Notes under the pieces: model-generated | Database searches by the model: none | What the model was told of the DNA's origin: nothing | The model's input: the letters and a program-made list of their open reading frames with translations, nothing else | Assembly (NCBI GenBank): GCA_965203275.1 | Contig: OZ241865.1 | Coordinates: 1 to 64,000 of the forward strand | From: Bdellovibrionales bacterium | GTDB lineage: Bacteria; Bdellovibrionota; Bdellovibrionia; Bdellovibrionales; JAUICD01 | Direction: 5' to 3' | DNA: 64,000 nt | Position numbers and translations under genes: made by a program | In this document: one piece after another, positions 8,853 to 19,059 of the stretch | How positions within the stretch are numbered: the stretch's first letter is position 1 | Layout of the letters: every line of letters starts with the position of its first letter

Positions 8853-9536
8853 ATGACATATTTATTTACTAACCAAAAAAGAAATCAAAGGGGCTTTAGC
8901 TTAATCGAGCTAATGGTCGTCGTAGCAATTATTGGATTGCTTGCGGCATTTGCCATACCACAGTATGGTAAGTTTCAAAAGAAAGCAAGACAGCAAGAGG
9001 TTAAAGTAGGTTTAAGTGGTCTTTATACGGCTGAAAAAGCTTTTATCACAGAATGGAATTATGTAACATCCGATATGACTCAACTTGGCTTTCAGATTCA
9101 AGGAAGCAGTCCTTTATATTCAATCGGCTTTGCTGATGTTTTAGGAAGTGGTAGAGATGCGGCACAAAGCCCGGCACCATCAGGGTATGACGGGCCAGAT
9201 TATGTTGCTGCTGATGATGCACCGCATGTGGGTGGTACATGGCCAACACCAGGTACTTATAGCAATTCTCATACCATCTTTGGAGCAGGTGCCGCTTGTA
9301 ATACTTACACCACACAACCAACCTGTGATGCGGCATCCGGTTGTAGCTGGGGTACAAACTGTACTGGTACACCAACTGGTGGATTAAGTATTGGCTCTGG
9401 TAGCACTATCACATTTCGTGTTGGTGGAATCGGATACCTTGGTGTTAAGTCTTCACCGACAGCTACAGATTACGATACGTGGACAATTAATAATTCAAAA
9501 GAATTAGAAAATGAGAATGAAGGTCTTGATAAATAA
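8853..9536 (+). CDS. Type IV pilin (PilA-like) 2
   Basis: RG|FSLIELMVVVAIIGLLAAFAIP; shares LY.AE..FI.EW and D.WTI with pilin 1. Confidence 0.93.
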   Translation: MTYLFTNQKRNQRGFSLIELMVVVAIIGLLAAFAIPQYGKFQKKARQQEVKVGLSGLYTAEKAFITEWNYVTSDMTQLGFQIQGSSPLYSIGFADVLGSGRDAAQSPAPSGYDGPDYVAADDAPHVGGTWPTPGTYSNSHTIFGAGAACNTYTTQPTCDAASGCSWGTNCTGTPTGGLSIGSGSTITFRVGGIGYLGVKSSPTATDYDTWTINNSKELENENEGLDK

Positions 9537-9553
9537 ACCTCATTAATTCAAAT

Positions 9554-9592
9554 ATAAGGCTATGGGTTTATCAGGCCCATAGCTTTTATTTT
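9554..9592 (+). terminator. Rho-independent terminator after pilin 2
   Basis: AAGGCTATGGGTT..GGCCCATAGCTTT followed by T-tract. Confidence 0.7.
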
Positions 9593-9596
9593 ATCT

Positions 9597-10112
9597 TTGG
9601 AGACTATAGTCATGTTAAAAATAAGAAAAGCCATCAGATATTTAGCAAAGCCGAGACAATTTATGTATTTATTGGCTTTATTGGTCGGTCTTTGGCTAAA
9701 TGCCTTTTATATGTTTGCTGAGGACAATTATCTAAGAGCTAAATTCAAGTCTGATCAAGAGATAGAAAATCAAGAGAAAATACATGATAAAACATACCAA
9801 ATAGATTTGAACACCGGACGTAAGTCATACGATAGCGTCTTTGATCCGGATGAGGCTATTAGAAGTAAGAGAATAGATACGATTGAGAGGTATCTCAATA
9901 TATGCAATAGAGCATCTTGTCGATTGATCGGTGGATTAGAACCCACAATAAAAGTTTGCAATAAAGAGCTGTCAACATCCCGGAATTTTCATAAGTATAG
10001 GGTTTATACGTGTAAATTAAAGATCACACTAGAGAATGACCAGCCTATGGATTGTACGAGGGTAAATTGGAGTGATGTAAAAGGCTTTTGTGAAAAGTTA
10101 AAAGATACATAA
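9597..10112 (+). CDS. Membrane-anchored Cys-containing hypothetical protein (start possibly ATG 9612)
   Basis: N-terminal TM, six Cys in the C-terminal half. Confidence 0.7.
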   Translation: METIVMLKIRKAIRYLAKPRQFMYLLALLVGLWLNAFYMFAEDNYLRAKFKSDQEIENQEKIHDKTYQIDLNTGRKSYDSVFDPDEAIRSKRIDTIERYLNICNRASCRLIGGLEPTIKVCNKELSTSRNFHKYRVYTCKLKITLENDQPMDCTRVNWSDVKGFCEKLKDT

Positions 10113-10192
10113 AACCTTTTTGAGAACTTAATTATGAGTTTTCATTTTACAGAAGGGCCAAATGGCCCTTCTGTTTTTAATAGGGGGGATAT

Positions 10193-10534
10193 ATGGACAA
10201 AATTTTAGAACGATTAGTATTTGCTCTTATGTTTATATGTTTACTACCCCTTATGTTAATATTTGCTATTATAACTCTTTTTTCAATACCTTTTGATATA
10301 TTTTTTGAGACTTTTTTAGGTCCGATTTTAGGAAGGATAGCCGGTCTCTTGATGGGGCTTTATTTTATTTATCTTTTTTGGGGAGCTGAAAATAAAATAT
10401 TTATAATATGTTTTTTGGTGTGTTTTTATTTCTTTGCAATTTTTAATAAGATACAGTTTTTTAAAGCCCTTGCTAATATGGAAAAAAAGAAAGAGGGAGT
10501 CCCTAAGGAATTAAAGAACACCAACGTTAAATGA
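10193..10534 (+). CDS. Small membrane protein, paralog of 5487-5777
   Basis: Shared motifs; preceded by AGAAGGGCC..GGCCCTTCT hairpin and GGGGGG RBS. Confidence 0.7.
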   Translation: MDKILERLVFALMFICLLPLMLIFAIITLFSIPFDIFFETFLGPILGRIAGLLMGLYFIYLFWGAENKIFIICFLVCFYFFAIFNKIQFFKALANMEKKKEGVPKELKNTNVK

Positions 10535-10801
10535 TACATAATCCTTTAATTTTAAAGTTTAAGCATGATGGAACAGAGGGGCCGTTGCTAAGTCCCTCTG
10601 TTCTTTTTATAATAAATGGATGTTTATGATGAATTATTCAAATGATTTTTTTGATAGTTTATGGTTTTTTATAAAAAACATTCTTTTATATTTTAAAGAA
10701 AATTCAGAGGTGCTTATCTTTTGCATAGTTATTGGAATGTGAATTATAAGTTTAAGTCTTTATAATCCATCCATATTAGAAACTTTTAAGAAAAGTTATT
10801 T

Positions 10802-11059
10802 TTAAGAGTTAGAATCTAAAACATTTAGTTTTTTCTGTATTTCTCGTATTTTGTTCTCTGTGGACTCTGTGATTTTTGCAATGGTCGAAATATCCATATT
10901 ATTTTTAAGCATTTTTAAAATGATACTTTGTTCCTTTTCTTGCAGGCCTTCCTGTCGCCCTTCTTGTCGCCCTTCCTGTAATAATCTTTCTCTTGTGATC
11001 TGTAATGGTGGCATGGTTCTTTCCTCCTTTGATATATGTTTTTCTTCTATCTTTTGCAA
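10802..11059 (-). pseudogene. Third Rpn-family C-terminal fragment (divergent)
   Basis: LLQEGRQEGRQEG...MLKNNMDISTIAKIT; cut by a hairpin element at 11099. Confidence 0.7.
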
Positions 11060-11098
11060 TACTTTCCATGTAAAACTAGGATTATAAATCCTGTCTCT

Positions 11099-11284
11099 TT
11101 CACTAAAAGTAAACTAGCCTCTGTTTCCCTAAAATTGAACTAGCCTCTAGCTACTTTTGGGCATTGCTCTGACAGCTTACGCTGTCTAAAAAGAGCAATG
11201 CCTCAAAAGTCCGTTTACTTTTAGTGAAAAACAGAGGTGTGGCTCATTTTGAGTGAAACAGAGGCCAGCTCATTTTGAGTGAAA
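11099..11284. repeat. Hairpin-element fragments with left ends facing outward on both sides
   Basis: TTCACT at 11099; reverse GAGTGAAA ends at ~11258 and ~11284. Confidence 0.9.
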
Positions 11285-11590
11285 TGTTCAGCTTTCAGTC
11301 AGTACTGTTATCCTATTGACAAATGAATCAGAAGCTTATAGAGTACAAAAAGACTATATTAATGAGTAAAAATGGTCACAAAAATATGCAGGGGGATGGG
11401 TCAACTATGCTGAACCTTGAACCTCTACAAGTTTAATGCTCTTAAAGACGATATGACAGAAGTAAAGACAAACATTGCAGAAATAAAAATTAAAGATTCC
11501 AATCAAAGGATTTTAGATATTCTAATTCAAGGTAAAGCTGTTTCTAATGAAATTTCTATTATTTAAAAAATTATAACTAATGGCTAAGAA

Positions 11591-12448
11591 ATGACGTTGA
11601 TCACAAGAGAGCAAAAACAATATTTATTTCAAACCCTTTGTCTACTTTCCACTTTACTGGTGGTATCCATTTTATTGGTATTGCTTTTGCATATTTTTTT
11701 AGAAGGTAAAGATTGGCTGAGTTTTGATTTTTTAACAAGTTATCCTTCTCGTCGGCCCCATTTAGCAGGGATCAAAGCAGCTCTCTACGGTAGTTTTTGG
11801 ATTATCTCTCTAACAACACTTATCTCTGTTTTTGTAGGTGTTTCAACTGCTCTTTTTTTAGAAGAATATGCTCCTAAAAATTCCAAATGGGTTTACTTTT
11901 TGCAAATCAACATTGCTAATCTTGCAGGGATGCCTTCTATTATTTATGGACTGTTAGGTTTAACTATTTTTGTGCGATTTTTTGCACTTGATCAAAGTGT
12001 TTTAGCAGGCTCTTTAACCCTTAGTTTGCTGGTGATACCTATCATTATTATGGCTTCTCAGGGGGCTATTCGATCTGTCCCTCAATCCTTAAGAGATGCT
12101 GCTTTTGCACTTGGTGCTTATAAATGGCAGGTGGTGTGTTTGCAAGTGCTACCCGCTGCTTCTGCTGGCATTTTAACAGGTATTATTCTTTCAACGTCTA
12201 GAGCCATAGGAGAAGCAGCCCCTTTGATTATGATAGGGGCTTTAAGTTTTGTAGCTTTTACACCTGAAAATATTATGGATTCTTTTACTGTCCTGCCTGT
12301 ACAAATCTTTAATTGGGCGTCTAGACCTCAAGAAGATTTTCACAGTCTTGCAGCAGCAGGTATTATTGTGTTATTAAGTTTACTTTTGTCCTTGAATTTT
12401 TTAGCTATTTTGATTAGAAACTATAGCCGTAAAAGGTATAAAATATGA
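11591..12448 (+). CDS. pstA: Phosphate ABC transporter permease PstA
   Basis: [22 protein letters not shown]. Confidence 0.93.
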   Translation: MTLITREQKQYLFQTLCLLSTLLVVSILLVLLLHIFLEGKDWLSFDFLTSYPSRRPHLAGIKAALYGSFWIISLTTLISVFVGVSTALFLEEYAPKNSKWVYFLQINIANLAGMPSIIYGLLGLTIFVRFFALDQSVLAGSLTLSLLVIPIIIMASQGAIRSVPQSLRDAAFALGAYKWQVVCLQVLPAASAGILTGIILSTSRAIGEAAPLIMIGALSFVAFTPENIMDSFTVLPVQIFNWASRPQEDFHSLAAAGIIVLLSLLLSLNFLAILIRNYSRKRYKI

Positions 12449-13221
12449 ACTTGCAAGAAAACTCTCACAAACACACTCCCATTATTCAAACTAAGGATTT
12501 AAATATTTCTTACGGTCAGATACTTGCAGTTAAGAATGTCTCTTTAGATATTATGAAATCTAAAGTATCAGCGATCATTGGCCCTTCTGGCTGTGGTAAA
12601 AGCACTCTATTAAGATCTTTTAATAAAATGAATGACTTTATTGAGAATATTACACAATCAGGGAGTATCTTTATTGCAGGGGAAAATATTCTAAGCAAAA
12701 AAGTCAACGTTGTAAAATTAAGAAGAAAGGTAGGCATGGTTTTCCAAACACCCAATCCTTTTCCTAAATCTGTTGCTAAAAATATTCTTTGGGCCCCTCA
12801 AGTGAATGGATTAAAATTTAATGCTGATGAACTACTTGAAGGCTCACTTAAAAAAGCAGCGTTATGGGATGAGGTTAAAGATAGACTTCATTCTTCTGCA
12901 TTAAAGCTATCTGGCGGACAACAGCAAAGGCTTTGTATTGCTAGAACCATTGCCATGAATCCAGAGATTATTTTAATGGATGAACCTTGTTCCTCTTTAG
13001 ATCCTAAATCTACAGCAAAAATTGAAGAACTTATTTTGCAACTCGCTCAAGTCTATACCATTATCATTGTGACACATAATATGCAACAAGCTTCTCGTAT
13101 CTCTGATTTTACACATTTTTTTTACGAAGGTGTTTTAGTAGAGTCAGGACAGACTGATCATATCTTTACCAATCCTCAAGAACAAAGGACAGAAGATTAC
13201 ATTACTGGCAAGTTTGGTTAG
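12445..13221 (+). CDS. pstB: Phosphate ABC transporter ATPase PstB
   Basis: [23 protein letters not shown]-terminal [10 protein letters not shown]. Confidence 0.97.
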   Translation: MNLQENSHKHTPIIQTKDLNISYGQILAVKNVSLDIMKSKVSAIIGPSGCGKSTLLRSFNKMNDFIENITQSGSIFIAGENILSKKVNVVKLRRKVGMVFQTPNPFPKSVAKNILWAPQVNGLKFNADELLEGSLKKAALWDEVKDRLHSSALKLSGGQQQRLCIARTIAMNPEIILMDEPCSSLDPKSTAKIEELILQLAQVYTIIIVTHNMQQASRISDFTHFFYEGVLVESGQTDHIFTNPQEQRTEDYITGKFG

Positions 13222-13289
13222 ACTGTTTTGTTGACACTACTGGAATAAAAATAGATTTTTTAAGCAAGAGGTATCTTACATGAACATAA

Positions 13290-14126
13290 TTATCGTCGAT
13301 ATTTTTTTCCTGGCTGTAGGACTCCTGGTTGCATTTTGTAAATCCTCTCTAATCTTTGAATTTTCATTGAGATAAAATCTCTCTCAGATGCATCTAATGA
13401 GCTTTTATAATCCTCTAAGAACTTTGACAAAAAAGTGATGGCTTTTTGAAACTCTTTTTGTTCTTCATAACAAGTTGACAGCGATAAAAAAACTTTATTT
13501 GTTATAGACTTTTGAGGGAACTTTTCAATAAGACTTTCATAAACAGAGCTTGCTTGTTGGAAGTTTCTCTGTCCAAGCAAAATATCTCCTTGAAGGACAA
13601 GTACCTCAAATCGATCGCTTTGTTGTATCTTCTGTAACTCAATCTGAGCTTGCTCTAACTTGCCAATGTGATAATAAGACCTTGCAATTTTAAGTTGGAT
13701 ATCTAGCTTTACTGAACGGCTTAATTTAAAATCCAGCAATTGACTTAACTCATCGATAGCCCCATTGTAATCTCTTATATCGTTAAAATAAATATTAGCA
13801 ATTTTTTTTTGACTCGCAAGTCTTTCCTCTCTGTCTTGAGAGTAGAGCAGAACAAGACGTAGATATCTCAAGCGAAGATTAATTTTAAAAGCACTTTGAA
13901 TATTATTTTGTGAGTCATTGTTGATAATATGAAGACCTAGTTGAGAAGCTTTAAGTAATAATTGAGGGTCTTTGTTGAGTTCTATTGTCTTGTTGATATG
14001 CACAATGGCTTGAGTGGGATTTGGGCTTTCTTTTGCCTTTTCAAGGTAAGAAACATTCTTAGGTGTTCTGGTACAAGCAAGAAATAAACCCAATGCCAGT
14101 GCAGTTATTTTTAAAATATTTTTCAT
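13290..14126 (-). CDS. TPR-repeat lipoprotein
   Basis: FLAC lipobox; TPR-like helices (IARSYYHIGKLEQA). Confidence 0.8.
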   Translation of the reverse strand: MKNILKITALALGLFLACTRTPKNVSYLEKAKESPNPTQAIVHINKTIELNKDPQLLLKASQLGLHIINNDSQNNIQSAFKINLRLRYLRLVLLYSQDREERLASQKKIANIYFNDIRDYNGAIDELSQLLDFKLSRSVKLDIQLKIARSYYHIGKLEQAQIELQKIQQSDRFEVLVLQGDILLGQRNFQQASSVYESLIEKFPQKSITNKVFLSLSTCYEEQKEFQKAITFLSKFLEDYKSSLDASERDFISMKIQRLERIYKMQPGVLQPGKKYRR

Positions 14127-14372
14127 AAAAAACTCTAAAATAATAGCTTCAAGATAACCCTTATGATATTACAATTTATGGATCACATCTATAGATTTAT
14201 ATGAAGTAAGGCAAGCATAAGAGTCAACATAAAAGCAGACACGCCGTGTCATAAAGTCAATTTTATTTATAATTATGATTCATGTATGTATATTATGCAA
14301 TATTGTTGTTTGTATTGTACTCTAATGTAAATGATAGGTTAAGTTTTATAGAAATTAGGAGGACTTTTTAAA

Positions 14373-15788
14373 GTGTGTAGGTTTTTTTCAAAAATAACTT
14401 TTTTATTATGTGTTTTGTTCCCTTTTTATAGCAGTTTTGCTCAATTAGCAAAACCTGTCCTGATTGATTTTGTAAAAGAGCATTTAGGTGAAAAATTTAA
14501 TGAACCTGAATGGAAAGAATGGCAGGATATGATAGCTGATCAGCATTTTGTAAAATGGACTGATAGAGATATGAAAGATTTTTTGCATCTTCTGACAAGA
14601 AAAATAGGCATAGATCAAACTTTAAAAAAAATAAAAGAACCTGATTATTTTCATGATCACAACTATCTAGAATTCACACAAAGGATTAAGCTTCTTACTT
14701 CTTATATAGGTGAAGATTCTGTTTGGCTATGGGTAGAAATTTTAACATTAGAAGAATTTCATTTGGGCCGTAACAATATACAAAGGACAATCCAGTGGTT
14801 TGAAGACTACGTTGGAAAACAAGAAACTTCAATATTGATGCAAGAAAATCTTTTCTTCTTTTTAATAACTGTACCTCGTCAATTAATACACGTAGAGAAT
14901 CTTTTACATGAATTTTGTGGCATAAGCAGAGAAGATATAAAAGAAAATATCAAGAATAATCCTTCGTTCTCAAGGTTTATCATGACGGCAAATTATGGCT
15001 CTCTAAAAAATGTTATAGCCTTACTCACAGATGATCGTGGATTTCATATAAGTCAAATCAGAACCATGATTCAAAAATACCCTGATGCCTTTATTATTGC
15101 TAGAGATTATTATTTAGAAAGCAGTATAGATATTTTAGAAAAGATACCCTTAACAGAACAAGATACAAATAAGATTATTGAACAATCATTTAATACTTTA
15201 GTGACTAACAACATAACATGGGATCAATTCAAAGACTTAATAGATTTTATGATTTATAATAGATTCACAATGAAAAGTATAAAAACAATGATCAAACAAA
15301 ATTTCTATGCCTTTTTGAATATTGCAAAATTTTTGATAGAAGTTTTAGAGGCAAAAGGTTTTAACAAAATCAATATCAAATATATAATGATACAAACCTT
15401 TGAAAGTCTTTCTTATATGAATGAAGATATGGTGACCCATTTTCGTAAAAGCATTGAATTGAAAGAAGCCAGCATGGACAAGCAAAGGGTGGAAAGTGCT
15501 GTCATTGAGTTTATGTATAACTTTGATTTTGCAACAGAAGAAATACTCACAATGCTGAGGCAAAATCCTGTTGCCTTTTTTATGTTCACAAAACCTTTAG
15601 TGGAACATTTAGATGACTTACAAACCTTTACAAAAGAAAAAATAAAAAATATCCTCATAGATACATTTAGACAATTAGCTAAAAACAAAAACATAAATGA
15701 GCTAAAGGATTTTATGGAAATTTTTAAGATTCCAGAAAGTAAATTATTTCAAAGAAATTATAATTGTACTGCTTCATTGGTTCGCTAA
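14373..15788 (+). CDS. Secreted helical-repeat protein, mTERF-like repeats
   Basis: Signal peptide (SSFA|Q); repeated 'L...GF....I..MI.K.P.AF' units. Confidence 0.6.
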   Translation: MCRFFSKITFLLCVLFPFYSSFAQLAKPVLIDFVKEHLGEKFNEPEWKEWQDMIADQHFVKWTDRDMKDFLHLLTRKIGIDQTLKKIKEPDYFHDHNYLEFTQRIKLLTSYIGEDSVWLWVEILTLEEFHLGRNNIQRTIQWFEDYVGKQETSILMQENLFFFLITVPRQLIHVENLLHEFCGISREDIKENIKNNPSFSRFIMTANYGSLKNVIALLTDDRGFHISQIRTMIQKYPDAFIIARDYYLESSIDILEKIPLTEQDTNKIIEQSFNTLVTNNITWDQFKDLIDFMIYNRFTMKSIKTMIKQNFYAFLNIAKFLIEVLEAKGFNKINIKYIMIQTFESLSYMNEDMVTHFRKSIELKEASMDKQRVESAVIEFMYNFDFATEEILTMLRQNPVAFFMFTKPLVEHLDDLQTFTKEKIKNILIDTFRQLAKNKNINELKDFMEIFKIPESKLFQRNYNCTASLVR

Positions 15789-15804
15789 TTCACTGTTTCA
15801 TTGG

Positions 15805-16335
15805 TTCACTAAAAATAAACCAGCCTCTGGCTGTTTTTGGGCAATCAGCCCGACGGCTCTCGCCGTCGATCAAAGGCTGATTGCCTCAAAAATCCGTTTA
15901 TTTTTAGTAGAGAGGATATCCTTGCCTCTTGACATCATGTTAAGGAAAAAGTTCTTTCTTACACCTTTTGGCTCTCGCCGTCGATCAAAGGCTGATTGCC
16001 TCATTTGATTTGCACTAAAAGTAAACTAGCCTCTGGCTACTTTTGGACATTGCTCTGACAGCTTACGCTGTCCAAAAAGAGCAATGTCGTTGGTTCACTA
16101 AAAGTGGTCTGACCTCTGGTCACTTTCTGGCGATGACCACGATGGCTTTCGCCATCGATAAAATGGTCATCGCCTAGAAAGCTTGACCACTTTTAGTAGA
16201 AAGGATCCTTTCCTCTTTTAACATGATGTTAAGGAAAAAGAGTTCTTTCTGATGGCGGGATCCCGGATCCCGGATCCCGGATGCCAGATCCCGGATGCCG
16301 GATCCCAGATCCCGGATCCCAGATCCCAGACCCTA
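15805..16335 (+). repeat. Hairpin-element cluster with long heptamer array
   Basis: Units at 15805, ~16010 and ~16094; array at 16255-16330. Confidence 0.93.
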
Positions 16336-16360
16336 GATAAACCCCACAATAAAATTATAC

Positions 16361-16825
16361 CTATGAAGATGTTGATAAAATAGTGAGCAGTTCAGGTAAA
16401 AGCAATTGATTGATAGGCAACATCTCACTATAACGCTCTAATTGAGAAGGCTTAACCCATTCCAGTTGCGTATGATATAAATTTTTTACCTGGCCTTGCC
16501 AAGATACTATATCGTAAAATAAAAGTAATAATCGATGATCTTCTTTAATTGTATGGCAATGACCTAGCCTTAAAGATCCCACTTGAACAGTGATATTGAT
16601 TTCTTCTTTCACCTCTCTTACAAGAGCCTCTTTGAGGCCTTCTCCCCATTTGACTTTCCCTCCCGGGAATTCCCAAAATCCTCCTAAATAACTTGATTCT
16701 GGTCGAAGCCCTAAGAGGACTTTCCCATCTTGACGTAAAAGAGCTATCACAACAGGAACAGTTATTTTATTATTGGTTTTTTCAATCAAGCTTTCAGTCA
16801 AGTTTTCAGTCAAATTTTCAGCCAA
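16361..16825 (-). CDS. mutT: MutT-like Nudix hydrolase
   Basis: WEFPGGK...ALVREVKEE Nudix box. Confidence 0.85.
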   Translation of the reverse strand: MAENLTENLTESLIEKTNNKITVPVVIALLRQDGKVLLGLRPESSYLGGFWEFPGGKVKWGEGLKEALVREVKEEINITVQVGSLRLGHCHTIKEDHRLLLLFYDIVSWQGQVKNLYHTQLEWVKPSQLERYSEMLPINQLLLPELLTILSTSS

Positions 16826-16890
16826 AACAACTCCTTATGATGATTATTCTTGACAAGTCGTGTTTTTATTAGATAAAGTATTGACTTTAA

Positions 16891-17709
16891 ATGATACGCA
16901 AGTATATAATTATAGGGTTAGAGGATGGTTTGACAATGATTCATTTCAAAATAAAGAGAATACTTAAACTTTTAATTATATTTTTGTACTTGATGACAGC
17001 AGGTTGTTCTTCGGCTCCTCAAAAAGAAGGTGCTGGTTCTGTAGCTAATGCAGAGAGCTTATTTCAAAAAGCCACTAAGTTAGAAGCTGACAAATATTAT
17101 GAAGAAGCACTGGAAGTCTATGTAGAAGTGCGAGATCAATATCCTCATTTAAAATACAGCATGTTAGCTAAGCTTAAAATGGCTGATATTTACTTTAAAC
17201 AAAGAGATTACATCTCTGCTCAAGTTTTTTATGAACTTTTTAAAAGTATGCATCCAAGACATCGTCCTGATTATGTCCTTTATCAATTATCCTTATCTTA
17301 TTATCATAGATTGCCTAGAGCTATTGATAGAGACTTAACCCTTGCTACAAAATGTATAGATCATCTCAAAGAACTTTTAACAAGGTACCCTCGATCTCGC
17401 CTACGTCGAGTAGCTGAAGTGAAATTTCAAGAAGTTCAGGAAAAGCTCGCTAAAAAAGAACTCTACATTGCTAACTTTTACTTTGTCAGAAAGATGTATA
17501 AAAGTGCCTTACAGCGTTATTCTCGTATCATTCAAAATACTTCTTATATGCGTTTATGGCCCAAGGCTCTGCTCAATGGAAGTATTAGTGCAGCAGAAAT
17601 AGGAGATTCATCACAGAGCAAGCAATACCTCAACACATTAAAAGCTAAATTTCCTAACGTATCAGAAACTTATAAAATCCCCAGGGTGATAAGAAAATAT
17701 GCCTTATGA
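16891..17709 (+). CDS. bamD: Outer membrane assembly lipoprotein BamD (start likely 16936)
   Basis: TAGC lipobox, TPRs, DRD and LAKKELYIANFY motifs. Confidence 0.88.
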   Translation: MIRKYIIIGLEDGLTMIHFKIKRILKLLIIFLYLMTAGCSSAPQKEGAGSVANAESLFQKATKLEADKYYEEALEVYVEVRDQYPHLKYSMLAKLKMADIYFKQRDYISAQVFYELFKSMHPRHRPDYVLYQLSLSYYHRLPRAIDRDLTLATKCIDHLKELLTRYPRSRLRRVAEVKFQEVQEKLAKKELYIANFYFVRKMYKSALQRYSRIIQNTSYMRLWPKALLNGSISAAEIGDSSQSKQYLNTLKAKFPNVSETYKIPRVIRKYAL

Positions 17710-18436
17710 TCAAATAGATAGTAATTTTAATGAACTCTTAGATTTAGCAAGAGAACACTTTATTGGAGGTCGGTATACACAAGCTGAACCACTACTCCAA
17801 CAAATTTTATTAAAGAACAATAAAGAACCTGAAATATTTCAAATGCTAGCTACTATTTATTACGATCAAGGCAAATTCAATAAAGCTATTAAAACATTTA
17901 AAAGAGCTTTAGAGGTTGACCCTGCTTACACCGATGCATCTGTGGGATTATCTATTGTCTTAAATGATTTAGGTCGTTATGAAGAAGGTCGAGAGGTTTT
18001 TGAAGCTGCTCAAAAAGTATTAGAGAAGAAAAAAACATCTGATCCTTTTATCAATAAACTTTTAGCTCAAAAACATGAGGAGTTGGGGGATATTTATAAT
18101 GACAACAAAAGATATACAGAAGCCTTAGAGCAGTTTTCTAAAGCAAGAGACTTAAGTTCATCAGAAACACATATTAAATTGAAAATAGCTGATACCTTTG
18201 TCAACGCTCAAAGGCCTGTAGAAGCAGTTAAGGAATTGCGTCAAATGATAGCTCAACATCCTGAATGTTTGGAGGCCAGACAAAAACTAGGCCAGCTTTA
18301 TTATGATGCAGATCGAATTGTAGATGCTGTGGAAACATGGGAGTCTATTTTATTACATGATTCCCAAAATGCTATAGCAAAAGCTTCTTTGAAGTTAGCT
18401 TCAGAAGCTCAATTAACTCTTGTCAACGAAAGGTGA
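17699..18436 (+). CDS. TPR-repeat protein
   Basis: Multiple TPRs; overlaps the bamD stop. Confidence 0.88.
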   Translation: MPYDQIDSNFNELLDLAREHFIGGRYTQAEPLLQQILLKNNKEPEIFQMLATIYYDQGKFNKAIKTFKRALEVDPAYTDASVGLSIVLNDLGRYEEGREVFEAAQKVLEKKKTSDPFINKLLAQKHEELGDIYNDNKRYTEALEQFSKARDLSSSETHIKLKIADTFVNAQRPVEAVKELRQMIAQHPECLEARQKLGQLYYDADRIVDAVETWESILLHDSQNAIAKASLKLASEAQLTLVNER

Positions 18437-18443
18437 ATAAACA

Positions 18444-19004
18444 ATGACCAAACCAAAACACAACGAAACACTTAAAGATGATCTCATCCTTTACATGACA
18501 AAGGAGGAGATTGACAAAATAGTCACTCAACTGGCCCAAGAAATTCAAGGAGAATATCAAGAATATCTAGGGGAAGATCTTGTTTTAATCTGTCCTCTGA
18601 AAGGATCATTTTTGTTTGCTGCTGATTTAATACGTAAAATTAACTTGCTTCTTAAAGTAGATTTTGTAGAACTCACAAGTGTTTCATTAGAAAAAGACTC
18701 CAATCGTAATACCATTAAGATCATCAAAGACATTTCTGAAGATATTTTTAAAAAGCATGTTTTGATTTTAGAAGAAATCATTGACGAAGGTCGTAAGCTA
18801 AGTTTTTTAAGAGATAGATTACTTGCTGGTTATCCAGCTTCTATTAAAATTGCAACACTTTTAGATAAACCTGCAAGACGTTTGACGAACATTCAACCTG
18901 ACTTCACAGGAAAAGTCATTGAAGATAGGTTTGTAGTAGGTTATGGGCTAGATGACAATGAAATTGGCCGTAATTATGCAGACCTCTATCACCTTAAACA
19001 ATAA
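18444..19004 (+). CDS. hpt: Hypoxanthine phosphoribosyltransferase-like protein
   Basis: LKGSFLFAADL, LLDKP, FVVGYGLD; PRPP loop variant LEEIIDEG. Confidence 0.85.
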   Translation: MTKPKHNETLKDDLILYMTKEEIDKIVTQLAQEIQGEYQEYLGEDLVLICPLKGSFLFAADLIRKINLLLKVDFVELTSVSLEKDSNRNTIKIIKDISEDIFKKHVLILEEIIDEGRKLSFLRDRLLAGYPASIKIATLLDKPARRLTNIQPDFTGKVIEDRFVVGYGLDDNEIGRNYADLYHLKQ

Positions 19005-19059
19005 AGTTTCATTTGAAATAAACAACTTTCACCTTATAAATTATTAAGCTACATACAGG

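Noticed and set aside
3984..9536. Diversity-generating retroelement acting on the pilins
   Set aside because: No reverse transcriptase and no TR/VR pair differing only at adenines.
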